Assembly: GCF_048403405.1 (NCBI RefSeq)
Contig: NZ_CP183129.1
Reading direction: 5' to 3' (one strand)
Origin: Escherichia coli
Lineage (GTDB): Bacteria; Pseudomonadota; Gammaproteobacteria; Enterobacterales; Enterobacteriaceae
Length of the DNA: 64,000 bases
Below the pieces are notes generated by a model. That model was not told the origin of the DNA. It was given only the letters and a program-made list of their open reading frames with translations, and did not search any database. This document shows positions 11,754 to 22,368 of this stretch, one piece after another (the first letter of the stretch is position 1; each line of letters begins with the position of its first letter). The translations under genes were made by a program, and so were the position numbers.

Positions 11754-12083
11754 ATGCTGATCTTCGAAGGTAAAGAGATAGAAACGGATACCGAAGGCTA
11801 TCTCAAAGAAAGCAGCCAGTGGAGTGAGCCGCTGGCAGTGGTGATTGCAGAGAACGAAGGGATTTCGCTGTCGCCAGAACACTGGGAAGTGGTGCGTTTT
11901 GTGCGTGATTTCTATCTGGAATTCAATACTTCTCCGGCGATTCGTATGCTGGTAAAAGCGATGGCGAATAAATTTGGCGAAGAAAAAGGTAACAGCCGCT
12001 ATTTATACCGACTGTTTCCGAAAGGTCCGGCTAAGCAAGCCACCAAAATTGCTGGCCTGCCAAAACCGGTAAAATGTATTTAA
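11754..12083 (+). CDS. tusE: Sulfur relay protein TusE
   Basis: ORF 11697..12083; the ATG at 11754 gives [32 protein letters not shown]... (109 aa), DsrC-like with C-terminal Cys. Confidence 0.9.
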
Positions 12084-12358
12084 CGGATACGAAAATCGGT
12101 TAATTCCTCCGAGGGATGATGCGGCTCGCTGAGCACCCGTTCTACACGCGCAGAACGCGGGCCGCCACTCTTTAACCACTGCATTAATTTTTCTACCTGC
12201 CCTTCTTCACCGCAGGCAACCACTTCCACGCTGCCATCGTCAAGATTTTTGGCGTACCCGGTTAAGCCCAGTCTTTTCGCTTCGTACTGCGTGGTGTAGC
12301 GAAATCCTACGCCCTGAACTCGCCCGTAAACCCAGGCAATTATGCAGACTTTCGACAT
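12080..12358 (-). CDS. yccX: Acylphosphatase
   Basis: ORF 12080..12571; the ATG at 12358 gives [38 protein letters not shown]... (92 aa), with acylphosphatase signature VxGxVQGVxFR. Confidence 0.88.
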
Positions 12359-12452
12359 TGCTGCTCTCCTTATCCTTAATGGACGCGTTGCAAATCCATG
12401 GAAAACTCCGGACAATGACGCCCATTTCTTTGCATCGACAGAAAAGTAAATT

Positions 12453-13643
12453 ATGAGTGTACGTTTAGTGTTAGCCAAAGGGCGCGAAAAATCATTACTT
12501 CGTCGCCATCCGTGGATCTTTTCCGGGGCCGTTGCCCGCATGGAAGGTAAAGCCAGCCTCGGGGAAACCATCGATATTGTTGATCATCAGGGAAAATGGT
12601 TAGCACGCGGCGCTTATTCGCCAGCTTCGCAAATCCGGGCGCGCGTCTGGACGTTTGACCCGAATGAATCTATCGACATTGCTTTTTTTACCCGCCGTTT
12701 GCAACAAGCGCAAAAATGGCGTGACTGGCTGGCGCAAAAAGATGGCCTCGACAGCTATCGTTTAATCGCCGGAGAATCTGATGGCCTGCCGGGTATTACT
12801 ATCGATCGTTTCGGTAATTTTCTGGTGCTGCAACTACTGAGTGCTGGCGCAGAATATCAGCGCGCGGCATTAATTAGCGCCCTGCAAACGCTGTACCCGG
12901 AATGTGCGATTTACGATCGCAGCGATGTTGCGGTACGTAAAAAAGAAGGGATGGGGCTGACCCAGGGCCCCGTCACCGGCGAGTTGCCGCCTGCCCTGCT
13001 GCCGATTGAAGAACACAGCATGAAGCTGCTGGTGGATATTCAGCACGGACATAAAACGGGCTACTACCTGGATCAGCGTGATAGCCGCCTGGCTACCCGC
13101 CGCTACGTTGAAAATAAACGCGTACTGAACTGTTTCTCCTATACCGGTGGTTTCGCCGTATCGGCACTGATGGGCGGTTGCAGCCAGGTTGTCAGCGTTG
13201 ATACCTCCCAGGAAGCCCTGGATATTGCTCGGCAGAACGTTGAGCTGAACAAACTGGATCTGAGCAAGGCTGAGTTTGTCCGTGATGATGTCTTTAAATT
13301 GCTGCGTACTTATCGCGATCGCGGTGAAAAATTTGACGTTATCGTGATGGACCCGCCGAAGTTTGTTGAGAATAAAAGCCAGTTGATGGGCGCGTGTCGT
13401 GGTTATAAAGACATCAACATGCTGGCGATTCAGTTGCTGAATGAAGGCGGTATTCTCCTGACTTTCTCCTGTTCCGGTCTGATGACCAGCGATTTATTTC
13501 AGAAAATCATCGCGGATGCCGCAATTGATGCCGGTCGTGATGTACAATTTATAGAGCAGTTCCGTCAGGCAGCCGATCATCCGGTGATCGCTACCTATCC
13601 GGAAGGGCTATATCTGAAAGGGTTTGCCTGTCGCGTCATGTAA
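12453..13643 (+). CDS. rlmI: 23S rRNA m5C1962 methyltransferase RlmI
   Basis: 396 aa, [27 protein letters not shown]...; PUA-like N-terminus plus SAM-dependent methyltransferase body. Confidence 0.93.
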   Translation: MSVRLVLAKGREKSLLRRHPWIFSGAVARMEGKASLGETIDIVDHQGKWLARGAYSPASQIRARVWTFDPNESIDIAFFTRRLQQAQKWRDWLAQKDGLDSYRLIAGESDGLPGITIDRFGNFLVLQLLSAGAEYQRAALISALQTLYPECAIYDRSDVAVRKKEGMGLTQGPVTGELPPALLPIEEHSMKLLVDIQHGHKTGYYLDQRDSRLATRRYVENKRVLNCFSYTGGFAVSALMGGCSQVVSVDTSQEALDIARQNVELNKLDLSKAEFVRDDVFKLLRTYRDRGEKFDVIVMDPPKFVENKSQLMGACRGYKDINMLAIQLLNEGGILLTFSCSGLMTSDLFQKIIADAAIDAGRDVQFIEQFRQAADHPVIATYPEGLYLKGFACRVM

Positions 13644-14018
<375 letters not shown>

Positions 14019-14030
14019 TCCCTGAACAAA

Positions 14031-14067
14031 TCCCCGGAAGGTTTTGGCCTTCCGGGGATTTTTTATT
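14031..14067. terminator. Bidirectional Rho-independent terminator between convergent hspQ and yccU
   Basis: Hairpin tccccggaagg-ttttgg-ccttccgggga followed by ttttttatt; the yccU stop codon overlaps the T-tract. Confidence 0.7.
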
Positions 14068-14476
14068 TGGCCAGGCCCAGGCGAGGGATCTCAATAGCCG
14101 GGCAGCGATCCATCACTACATTTAATCCGGCATCCCGAGCCAGTACTGCCGCTTGCTCATTAATCACCCCCAGTTGCATCCAGAGGGTTTTCGCGCCGAT
14201 GGCGATCGCTTCCTGCGCTACGCCCCACGCCGCTTCTGAATTCCGGAAAACATCGACCATATCGACTTTTTCAGGAACTTCTGCCAGCGTGCCATACCCC
14301 TGCTGGCCCAGCAGCGTTTTGCCGGCAACTTTTGGTGAAACCGGAATGACGTGATACCCCTGGTCGAGTAGATATTTCATCACGCGATAGCTGGGACGAT
14401 CGGGTTTGTCGCTTGCCCCCACCAGCGCAATGGTGTGAGTGGACGTTAAAATGCCTGCAATATCGGTTTCTTTCAT
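14063..14476 (-). CDS. yccU: CoA-binding domain protein YccU
   Basis: ORF 14063..14557; the ATG at 14476 gives [37 protein letters not shown]... (137 aa). Confidence 0.88.
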   Translation of the reverse strand: MKETDIAGILTSTHTIALVGASDKPDRPSYRVMKYLLDQGYHVIPVSPKVAGKTLLGQQGYGTLAEVPEKVDMVDVFRNSEAAWGVAQEAIAIGAKTLWMQLGVINEQAAVLARDAGLNVVMDRCPAIEIPRLGLAK

Positions 14477-14648
14477 TATTTCCTCCAGACTGTTTAACAA
14501 AGTGTACGACAAAGCCGACATGCCAACCATGCAGCTAATACGAATGAATGAGAGCAAAAGCGGGAAATATGTCTATATGTTAGTAAGTATGATTAAAGAA
14601 AAATTTTGACACATTATTATTCGGGCGGTCTTTTGACAGGAGCTACCT

Positions 14649-15311
14649 ATGAAAACCGGCATCGTGACCACCTTGATTGCATTATGTTTGCCGGTATCCG
14701 TTTTTGCCACCACGCTGCGGCTTTCAACCGATGTCGATCTTCTGGTACTCGACGGTAAAAAGGTTTCCAGCTCTCTGCTGCGCGGTGCGGACAGCATTGA
14801 ACTGGATAATGGACCGCATCAGTTAGTGTTTCGCGTTGAGAAGACGATTCATCTTTCCAATAGTGAAGAACGGCTGTATATCTCCCCACCGCTGGTGGTC
14901 AGTTTTAATACCCAGCTCATCAACCAGGTCAATTTTCGCCTGCCTCGTCTGGAGAATGAGCGGGAAGCTAACCATTTTGATGCTGCGCCGCGCCTTGAAT
15001 TGTTGGATGGCGATGCGACGCCGATTCCGGTAAAGCTGGATATTCTCGCCATTACCTCAACGGCAAAAACGATTGATTATGAGGTCGAGGTTGAACGCTA
15101 TAACAAATCCGCGAAACGCGCTTCACTACCGCAATTTGCCACGATGATGGCAGATGACAGTACGCTGCTTTCGGGTGTTTCCGAGCTGGATGCTATTCCA
15201 CCGCAGTCTCAGGTGCTCACAGAACAACGGCTGAAGTATTGGTTTAAACTGGCTGACCCACAAACGCGAAATACTTTCCTGCAATGGGCGGAAAAACAAC
15301 CATCTTCCTGA
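14649..15311 (+). CDS. yccT: Periplasmic protein YccT (DUF2057 family), signal peptide present
   Basis: 220 aa, [38 protein letters not shown]... Confidence 0.88.
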
Positions 15312-15406
15312 GATTTTTGTGCCTGTGCGCAGGCTTTTTCGGTCTTTATCTTGCAGCGATAAGTGCTTACAGTAATCTGTAGGAAAGTTAACTACGGATG
15401 TACATT

Positions 15407-15865
15407 ATGGAACTGACGACTCGCACTTTACCTGCGCGGAAACATATTGCGCTGGTGGCACACGATCACTGCAAACAAATGCTGATGAGCTGGGTGGAAC
15501 GGCATCAACCGTTACTGGAACAACACGTACTGTATGCAACAGGCACTACCGGTAACTTAATTTCCCGCGCGACCGGCATGAACGTCAACGCGATGTTGAG
15601 TGGCCCAATGGGGGGTGACCAGCAGGTTGGCGCATTGATCTCAGAAGGGAAAATTGATGTATTGATTTTCTTCTGGGACCCACTAAATGCCGTTCCGCAC
15701 GATCCTGACGTGAAAGCCTTGCTGCGTCTGGCGACGGTATGGAACATTCCGGTTGCCACCAACGTGGCAACGGCAGACTTCATTATCCAGTCGCCGCATT
15801 TCAACGACGCGGTCGATATTCTGATCCCCGATTATCAGCGTTATCTCGCGGACCGTCTGAAGTAA
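15407..15865 (+). CDS. mgsA: Methylglyoxal synthase
   Basis: ORF 15398..15865; the ATG at 15407 gives [33 protein letters not shown]... (152 aa). Confidence 0.93.
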
Positions 15866-15872
15866 TATTGCA

Positions 15873-15894
15873 CAGGTGGCAAACGCCACCTGTT
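15873..15894. terminator. Hairpin between convergent mgsA and helD (putative bidirectional terminator)
   Basis: acaggtggc-aaac-gccacctgt perfect stem immediately after the mgsA stop; weak T-run. Confidence 0.45.
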
Positions 15895-15896
15895 TC

Positions 15897-17951
15897 TTAC
15901 GGTTTTCTCGCCACCGGCACATCCAGATTTTTCAGTATTTCGACAAATGGAGAGGGATTCTCTTTGTTAAACAGTGCCCATACCCGATGGCGTGCCCGGG
16001 TCAGCGCCACGTACATTAACCGCCGTTCTTCAGCGTCCGGGAAATCCTCAACCGGTGGCAGTAGCGCCTCTTCCATAATCGACTCCCGCGCCGCAGCCGG
16101 AAAACCATCACTCCCCTCCTGCAAGCCAACGATGATGACGTAATCCGCCTGTTGCCCTTTGCTGGCATGAATGGTCATAAAGTCGATTTGCAACTTCGGC
16201 CAGCGTGTTGCCGCTTTTTCCAGGCTGGCAGGCCTCATGTGATGGTAACGCGCCAAGATCAGAATGCGCTCTTCCGGTTTGGCATAACCAGAGAGCTTAT
16301 CCAGCAAAGCGTCAAGATGGCTCTCATCCAATAACGTGACGGCTTTTTTGTCTCCATTGGTTAAGCTGTTTAGCGGCTTTTTCAGCTGGCCTGGGTTCTG
16401 CTGAATAAACCGGTTTGCCACCTCACCGATACGACTGTTAAAACGGTAAGTCGTGTCTAAATCACAGCGATCGCCTTCACCAAAGTTTTCATGGAAAGCG
16501 GTGGTGAGCGACATTTGCGCACCGCTGAAGCGATAAATCGCCTGCCAGTCATCACCAACGGCGAACAACGTCGTCTGACTGTTTTGCTTGCGTAATGCCG
16601 CTAACAACGCTGCGCGCTGCGGCGAGATATCCTGAAATTCATCAACCAGAATATGCTTCCACGGGCTGATAAAGCGACCTTTCTCCAGAATCACAATCGC
16701 CTGGTGAATAAGGCCCGAAAAATCGACAGCGTTTTCTGCCTTCAGCGCACCTTTCCAGGCTTTTAATAACGGAGCTATCAACTTGATACGTTTACTGAAC
16801 AGATCGCGAATCTCTTCGGGTGCACTGGCAATCATTTCTGCCTGTGCACCACCGTGCATCCGCATCAGACTTACCCAACGATCGAGGCGTGAGGCAAGAC
16901 GACGCTGTAATTTTTCATCATCCCAGAAGTTACCTTCTGGCACTGACCACTGCATTTCTTCCGTCAGCCATTGCCGCCAGCCCTTCGCCTGCGCTTTCTT
17001 TTCGCTGCATTGCTTGCGCCACTCAGCAATAAAGAGTTCATGACGGGCAGCGGTATCATTTTCCAGTTTGCTGACTATCGGAACTTTTTTGCTGCCCTGC
17101 TGAATAATATGCAGCGCCAGCGCATGAAACGTGCGTGCGGTAATGTCTTCGGTATGTAGCCGTTCGCGAATACGCTCGTCCATCTCTTCAGCGGCTTTGC
17201 GACCAAACGCTAGCAATAAAATTTGCTCAGGGGACGCTTCACCACGCGCCAGCAACCAGCCTGCACGGGCCACCAGCACCGACGTTTTTCCGCTTCCTGC
17301 ACCTGCCAGCACTAACAGAGAATGTTCGCCATTAACGACTGCCCGGGCCTGCGCCGGATTCAGCGGTGAAGACTCGACCTGGCGGAAAAAATCCGCATAC
17401 TCGGTAAGCATGGCTTCGGTATACGCCTGGTTATGCTGCAACCGAGCGCTTTCAATATCTTTCAACCAGGCCTGACATTTACGCCACGCCTCACGGCAGT
17501 TATCGAATTCTTCCAGTCGGTTAACCGGCAACGGCAACGCCGACAAAGCCTGGCGGATTTGTTGCTGAACGCCAGAGGTTTGCTCACGCGTCAGCCATTT
17601 ATTTTCTCCAGTGCGCGTGGCAATCAAATCCAGTTGCTGGCGTAAAACACCAGACGCAATTTCGCTCATCTCGCCACTCCACCGCCGCCAGTGAGCATCA
17701 AGATGATGGTAAAAACGCTGCGTCTCGCCCCATTCGGTACCGTGCAGACGCACCACTTTTTCGCCCGGCAGTACAAATTCCAGCTCGCCCCATACCAGAC
17801 CGCGCTTACAGTGAATCGCCAGTAATTGATTGAAAGGAATAAGGTATTCGTGGCGATCGCCGGAGACTTTAATCCCGGCATTGAGGATCACCGCCCGATC
17901 GTAAGGGTGCTGTGCCAGACGTTTTCCAAGCGTTGTCGCTTTCAGTTCCAT
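15897..17951 (-). CDS. helD: DNA helicase IV
   Basis: ORF 15897..18044; the ATG at 17951 gives MELKATTLGKRLAQHPYDRAVILNAG... (684 aa); Walker A motif GAGSGKT present. Confidence 0.93.
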   Translation of the reverse strand: MELKATTLGKRLAQHPYDRAVILNAGIKVSGDRHEYLIPFNQLLAIHCKRGLVWGELEFVLPGEKVVRLHGTEWGETQRFYHHLDAHWRRWSGEMSEIASGVLRQQLDLIATRTGENKWLTREQTSGVQQQIRQALSALPLPVNRLEEFDNCREAWRKCQAWLKDIESARLQHNQAYTEAMLTEYADFFRQVESSPLNPAQARAVVNGEHSLLVLAGAGSGKTSVLVARAGWLLARGEASPEQILLLAFGRKAAEEMDERIRERLHTEDITARTFHALALHIIQQGSKKVPIVSKLENDTAARHELFIAEWRKQCSEKKAQAKGWRQWLTEEMQWSVPEGNFWDDEKLQRRLASRLDRWVSLMRMHGGAQAEMIASAPEEIRDLFSKRIKLIAPLLKAWKGALKAENAVDFSGLIHQAIVILEKGRFISPWKHILVDEFQDISPQRAALLAALRKQNSQTTLFAVGDDWQAIYRFSGAQMSLTTAFHENFGEGDRCDLDTTYRFNSRIGEVANRFIQQNPGQLKKPLNSLTNGDKKAVTLLDESHLDALLDKLSGYAKPEERILILARYHHMRPASLEKAATRWPKLQIDFMTIHASKGQQADYVIIVGLQEGSDGFPAAARESIMEEALLPPVEDFPDAEERRLMYVALTRARHRVWALFNKENPSPFVEILKNLDVPVARKP

Positions 17952-18073
17952 GACTCTGTAGATCCACACGAAATGATTTCTTATCAGTGTAACCGTCAGA
18001 GAAAACGTGCTCCAGCCCAAAAAAACGTTACAATTGCCGCCCATTACTGAAAACCACAGTAAAGCGAGGTTTT

Positions 18074-18520
18074 ATGCGTACCGTTTTGAACATTCTGAAC
18101 TTTGTGCTTGGCGGATTTGCCACCACTCTGGGCTGGCTGTTGGCGACTCTGGTCAGTATTGTGCTGATTTTTACCTTACCGCTGACACGATCCTGCTGGG
18201 AGATCACTAAACTGTCTCTGGTGCCTTATGGCAATGAAGCTATTCATGTCGATGAACTGAACCCGGCTGGCAAAAATGTGCTGCTGAATACTGGCGGTAC
18301 GGTATTGAATATTTTCTGGCTGATTTTCTTTGGCTGGTGGTTATGCCTGATGCACATTGCAACGGGCATCGCACAATGTATTTCCATCATTGGCATTCCT
18401 GTCGGCATTGCGAACTTTAAAATTGCCGCTATTGCACTATGGCCGGTCGGTCGTCGCGTGGTATCGGTAGAAACAGCGCAAGCTGCGCGTGAAGCCAATG
18501 CACGTCGTCGTTTTGAATAA
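18074..18520 (+). CDS. yccF: Inner-membrane protein YccF
   Basis: 148 aa, MRTVLNILNFVLGGFATTLGWLLATLVSIVLIF... Confidence 0.88.
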   Translation: MRTVLNILNFVLGGFATTLGWLLATLVSIVLIFTLPLTRSCWEITKLSLVPYGNEAIHVDELNPAGKNVLLNTGGTVLNIFWLIFFGWWLCLMHIATGIAQCISIIGIPVGIANFKIAAIALWPVGRRVVSVETAQAAREANARRRFE

Positions 18521-18529
18521 TCCACTAAT

Positions 18530-20692
18530 ATGGCCTTTATGCTAAGTCCTTTGCTCAAACGCTATACCTGGAACAGCGCCTGGCTGTATTACGCGCGTAT
18601 TTTTATTGCGCTTTGTGGAACCACAGCGTTTCCGTGGTGGCTGGGTGATGTAAAACTGACGATTCCGCTGACGCTGGGGATGGTGGCAGCGGCGCTGACC
18701 GATCTCGATGACCGGCTGGCGGGACGTTTGCGTAACCTCATCATTACGCTGTTCTGCTTTTTTATCGCCTCGGCCTCAGTAGAACTGCTGTTTCCCTGGC
18801 CCTGGCTATTTGCGATTGGCTTAACGCTCTCAACCAGCGGCTTCATTTTGCTCGGCGGTCTGGGTCAACGCTATGCAACAATTGCTTTCGGTGCATTGCT
18901 GATCGCCATTTACACTATGTTGGGAACATCACTGTATGAGCACTGGTATCAGCAGCCGATGTATCTTCTGGCCGGTGCCGTCTGGTACAACGTCCTGACA
19001 CTTATTGGTCATCTGCTTTTCCCGGTCCGCCCGCTGCAGGATAACCTGGCGCGTTGCTATGAACAACTGGCGCGTTACCTTGAGCTCAAGTCGCGCATGT
19101 TTGATCCTGATATTGAAGATGAAAGCCAGGCACCGCTGTACGATTTGGCTCTCGCCAACGGTCAGCTGATGGCGACATTGAATCAGACGAAACTCTCGCT
19201 GCTGACCCGCTTACGTGGCGATCGTGGTCAACGGGGAACGCGTCGCACGCTGCATTATTACTTCGTCGCGCAGGATATTCACGAGCGTGCCAGCTCTTCT
19301 CATATTCAGTATCAAACATTGCGTGAACATTTTCGCCACAGCGACGTGCTGTTCCGTTTTCAGCGGCTGATGTCGATGCAGGGCCAGGCGTGCCAGCAAC
19401 TGTCACGCTGTATTTTGTTGCGTCAGCCTTATCAACATGATCCGCATTTCGAGCGCGCTTTTACGCATATTGATGCTGCGCTGGAGCGGATGCGCGATAA
19501 CGGCGCACCTGCCGATTTACTCAAAACACTGGGATTTTTGCTGAACAATTTACGCGCCATTGATGCCCAACTGGCAACAATTGAATCAGAACAGGCCCAG
19601 GCACTGCCCCATAATAATGACGAAAATGAGCTCGCTGATGACAGCCCGCACGGATTGAGTGATATCTGGCTGCGTCTTAGCCGTCACTTCACGCCGGAAT
19701 CCGCCCTCTTCCGTCATGCGGTAAGAATGTCGCTGGTGTTGTGCTTCGGCTACGCCATCATTCAGATAACCGGAATGCATCACGGGTATTGGATCTTGCT
19801 GACAAGTTTGTTTGTCTGCCAGCCAAACTATAACGCCACGCGCCACCGCCTGAAGTTAAGGATTATTGGTACGCTGGTAGGTATCGCCATTGGCATTCCT
19901 GTGCTGTGGTTTGTACCGTCACTGGAAGGGCAACTTGTGCTACTGGTTATTACCGGCGTGCTCTTTTTTGCCTTCCGTAACGTGCAATACGCCCATGCAA
20001 CGATGTTCATCACACTTTTGGTGCTACTTTGTTTTAACTTGCTGGGTGAAGGTTTTGAAGTGGCGTTACCTCGCGTAATCGATACGCTGATTGGTTGTGC
20101 CATTGCGTGGGCGGCGGTGAGCTACATCTGGCCTGACTGGAAGTTTCGCAATCTGCCGCGAATGCTCGAACGCGCCACAGAGGCCAACTGTCGGTATCTC
20201 GATGCCATACTGGAACAATACCATCAGGGGCGTGATAACCGTCTGGCGTATCGTATTGCCCGCCGCGATGCACACAACCGTGATGCTGAACTGGCGTCGG
20301 TGGTATCAAATATGTCCAGCGAACCGAACGTTACCCCGCAAATTCGCGAAGCCGCGTTTCGGTTGCTGTGCCTTAACCATACGTTTACCAGCTATATCTC
20401 AGCCCTCGGTGCTCACCGGGAGCAGTTAACTAATCCTGAAATTCTGGCGTTTCTTGATGACGCCGTTTGCTATGTTGATGACGCGCTACATCATCAACCT
20501 GCTGATGAAGAACGCGTCAATCAGGCATTAGCTGGCCTGAAACAGCGGATGCAGCAACTTGAACCTCGGGCAGACAGCAAAGAACCTCTGGTCGTACAAC
20601 AAGTTGGGTTATTGATTGCATTACTGCCAGAGATTGGTCGTCTGCAACGCCAGATTACTCAAGTTCCGCAGGAAACTCCTGTTTCGGCGTAA
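18530..20692 (+). CDS. yccS: Inner-membrane protein YccS (YccS/YhfK family)
   Basis: ORF of 720 aa; the true start may be the internal Met at 18539 (MLSPLLKRYTWNSAWLYYARIF...). Multi-TM N-terminal domain. Confidence 0.88.
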   Translation: MAFMLSPLLKRYTWNSAWLYYARIFIALCGTTAFPWWLGDVKLTIPLTLGMVAAALTDLDDRLAGRLRNLIITLFCFFIASASVELLFPWPWLFAIGLTLSTSGFILLGGLGQRYATIAFGALLIAIYTMLGTSLYEHWYQQPMYLLAGAVWYNVLTLIGHLLFPVRPLQDNLARCYEQLARYLELKSRMFDPDIEDESQAPLYDLALANGQLMATLNQTKLSLLTRLRGDRGQRGTRRTLHYYFVAQDIHERASSSHIQYQTLREHFRHSDVLFRFQRLMSMQGQACQQLSRCILLRQPYQHDPHFERAFTHIDAALERMRDNGAPADLLKTLGFLLNNLRAIDAQLATIESEQAQALPHNNDENELADDSPHGLSDIWLRLSRHFTPESALFRHAVRMSLVLCFGYAIIQITGMHHGYWILLTSLFVCQPNYNATRHRLKLRIIGTLVGIAIGIPVLWFVPSLEGQLVLLVITGVLFFAFRNVQYAHATMFITLLVLLCFNLLGEGFEVALPRVIDTLIGCAIAWAAVSYIWPDWKFRNLPRMLERATEANCRYLDAILEQYHQGRDNRLAYRIARRDAHNRDAELASVVSNMSSEPNVTPQIREAAFRLLCLNHTFTSYISALGAHREQLTNPEILAFLDDAVCYVDDALHHQPADEERVNQALAGLKQRMQQLEPRADSKEPLVVQQVGLLIALLPEIGRLQRQITQVPQETPVSA

Positions 20693-21284
20693 GAGAGTCA
20701 GCCCATTCTGCAAGCTCCTGGCGGCGTGCCACCGGGAGCGCAGCTTCATGAATGCCGATAATGGCCCCTTCAAGCATAAACAGAATCTTTTCTGTCACCA
20801 GACTGTTTTGCTGCCGCAGTCGCAACCAACACATTTTTGCCCCAAGTATACGTAACGCCCGTACATCCTTAATCCCCACCTCCCCGAGAATCGCTTCCAG
20901 ATGAAAAGACATATTGGGCAAATCTTTCAGTCTTTCCCGGGTATTGCGCGTGCTTTTCTCTTTCAGCGCTGCATCGAGAGAATATTTCGACAGACGCACC
21001 AGCTTCAGTTGATTTCGCCATAGACTTTCATCAACCCGATAGTAATTGAGGGTAACGGATCGGCCACACTTTTTATATGTCAGCCAGACAGGCGGATGTT
21101 TTACACAGTACTGTGCACTTTGCTCACAAGCCCGAAGATACAACTCACCATCAGAAACCATCGCAAACACCGTGTCGTCAACGGTCAGGCTGTAACTGCC
21201 AAACAATGATCGGTATTCAATTGTGCCCAACGTTGCCAGGTATTCTTGTGATTTATAGATCCGCTTATAGGAGAGGCTTTTCAT
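20655..21284 (-). CDS. sxy: Competence regulator Sxy/TfoX
   Basis: 209 aa, MKSLSYKRIYKSQEYLATLGTIEYRSLFGSYSLTVDDTVFAMVSDGELYLRA...; TfoX N- and C-domains. Confidence 0.92.
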   Translation of the reverse strand: MKSLSYKRIYKSQEYLATLGTIEYRSLFGSYSLTVDDTVFAMVSDGELYLRACEQSAQYCVKHPPVWLTYKKCGRSVTLNYYRVDESLWRNQLKLVRLSKYSLDAALKEKSTRNTRERLKDLPNMSFHLEAILGEVGIKDVRALRILGAKMCWLRLRQQNSLVTEKILFMLEGAIIGIHEAALPVARRQELAEWADSLTPKQEFPAELE

Positions 21285-21460
21285 AAAATTCCTTTTAAAA
21301 TCATAACATAAAAGAATGATTCACATTAACGGATCCGTTAACTACGAAAATAGGCAACTTATTCTTAAGGGGCAAGATTAATTTATGTTTTCCCGTCACC
21401 AACGACAAAATTTGCGAGGCTCTTTCCGAAAATAGGGTTGATCTTTGTCGTCACTGGATG

Positions 21461-21480
21461 TACTGTACATCCATACAGTA
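21461..21480. promoter_or_regulatory. LexA operator (SOS box) of sulA
   Basis: tactgtacatccatacagta: perfect palindromic CTGT-N8-ACAG LexA box about 23 bp upstream of the sulA start codon. Confidence 0.9.
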
Positions 21481-21502
21481 ACTCACAGGGGCTGGATTGA
21501 TT

Positions 21503-22012
21503 ATGTACACTTCAGGCTATGCACATCGTTCTTCGTCGTTCTCATCCGCAGCAAGTAAAATTGCGCGTGTCTCTACGGAAAACACTACAGCCGGGCTTAT
21601 CAGTGAAGTTGTCTATCGCGAAGATCAGCCCATGATGACGCAACTTCTACTGTTGCCATTGTTACAGCAACTCGGTCAGCAATCGCGCTGGCAACTCTGG
21701 TTAACACCGCAACAAAAACTGAGTCGGGAATGGGTTCAGGCATCTGGGCTACCCTTAACGAAAGTGATGCAGATTAGCCAGCTCTCCCCTTGCCACACCG
21801 TGGAGTCAATGGTTCGCGCTTTACGCACGGGCAATTACAGTGTGGTGATCGGTTGGTTGGCAGATGATTTGACTGAAGAAGAGCATGCTGAACTTGTTGA
21901 TGCGGCAAATGAAGGTAACGCTATGGGGTTTATTATGCGTCCGGTAAGCGCATCCTCTCACGCAACGAGACAACTTTCCGGGCTAAAAATTCACTCTAAT
22001 TTGTATCATTAA
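21503..22012 (+). CDS. sulA: SOS cell-division inhibitor SulA
   Basis: ORF 21497..22012 (TTG start in track); the ATG at 21503 gives [43 protein letters not shown]... (169 aa). Confidence 0.95.
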
Positions 22013-22235
22013 GTAAATTTAGGATTAATCCTGGAACTTTTTTTGTCGCCCAGCCAATGCTTTCAGTCGTGACTAATTTTCCTTGCGGAGGCTTGTCTGA
22101 AGCGGTTTCCGCGATTTTCTTCTGTAAATTGTCGCTGACAAAAAAGATTAAACGTACCTTATACAAGACTTTTTTTTCATATGCCTGACGGAGTTCACAC
22201 TTGTAAGTTTTCAACTACGTTGTAGACTTTACATC

Positions 22236-22368
22236 GCCAGGGGTGCTCGGCATAAGCCGAAGATATCGGTAGAGTTAATATTGAGCAGATCCCCCGGTGA
22301 AGGATTTAACCGTGTTATCTCGTTGGAGATATTCATGGCGTATTTTGGATGATAACGAGGCGCAAAAA
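22236..22368 (+). promoter_or_regulatory. ompA 5' untranslated leader (~133 nt; mRNA stability element and sRNA target site)
   Basis: gccaggggtgctcggcataagccgaagatatcgg...gataacgaggcgcaaaaaATG matches the well-known long ompA leader as I recall it. Confidence 0.75.
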
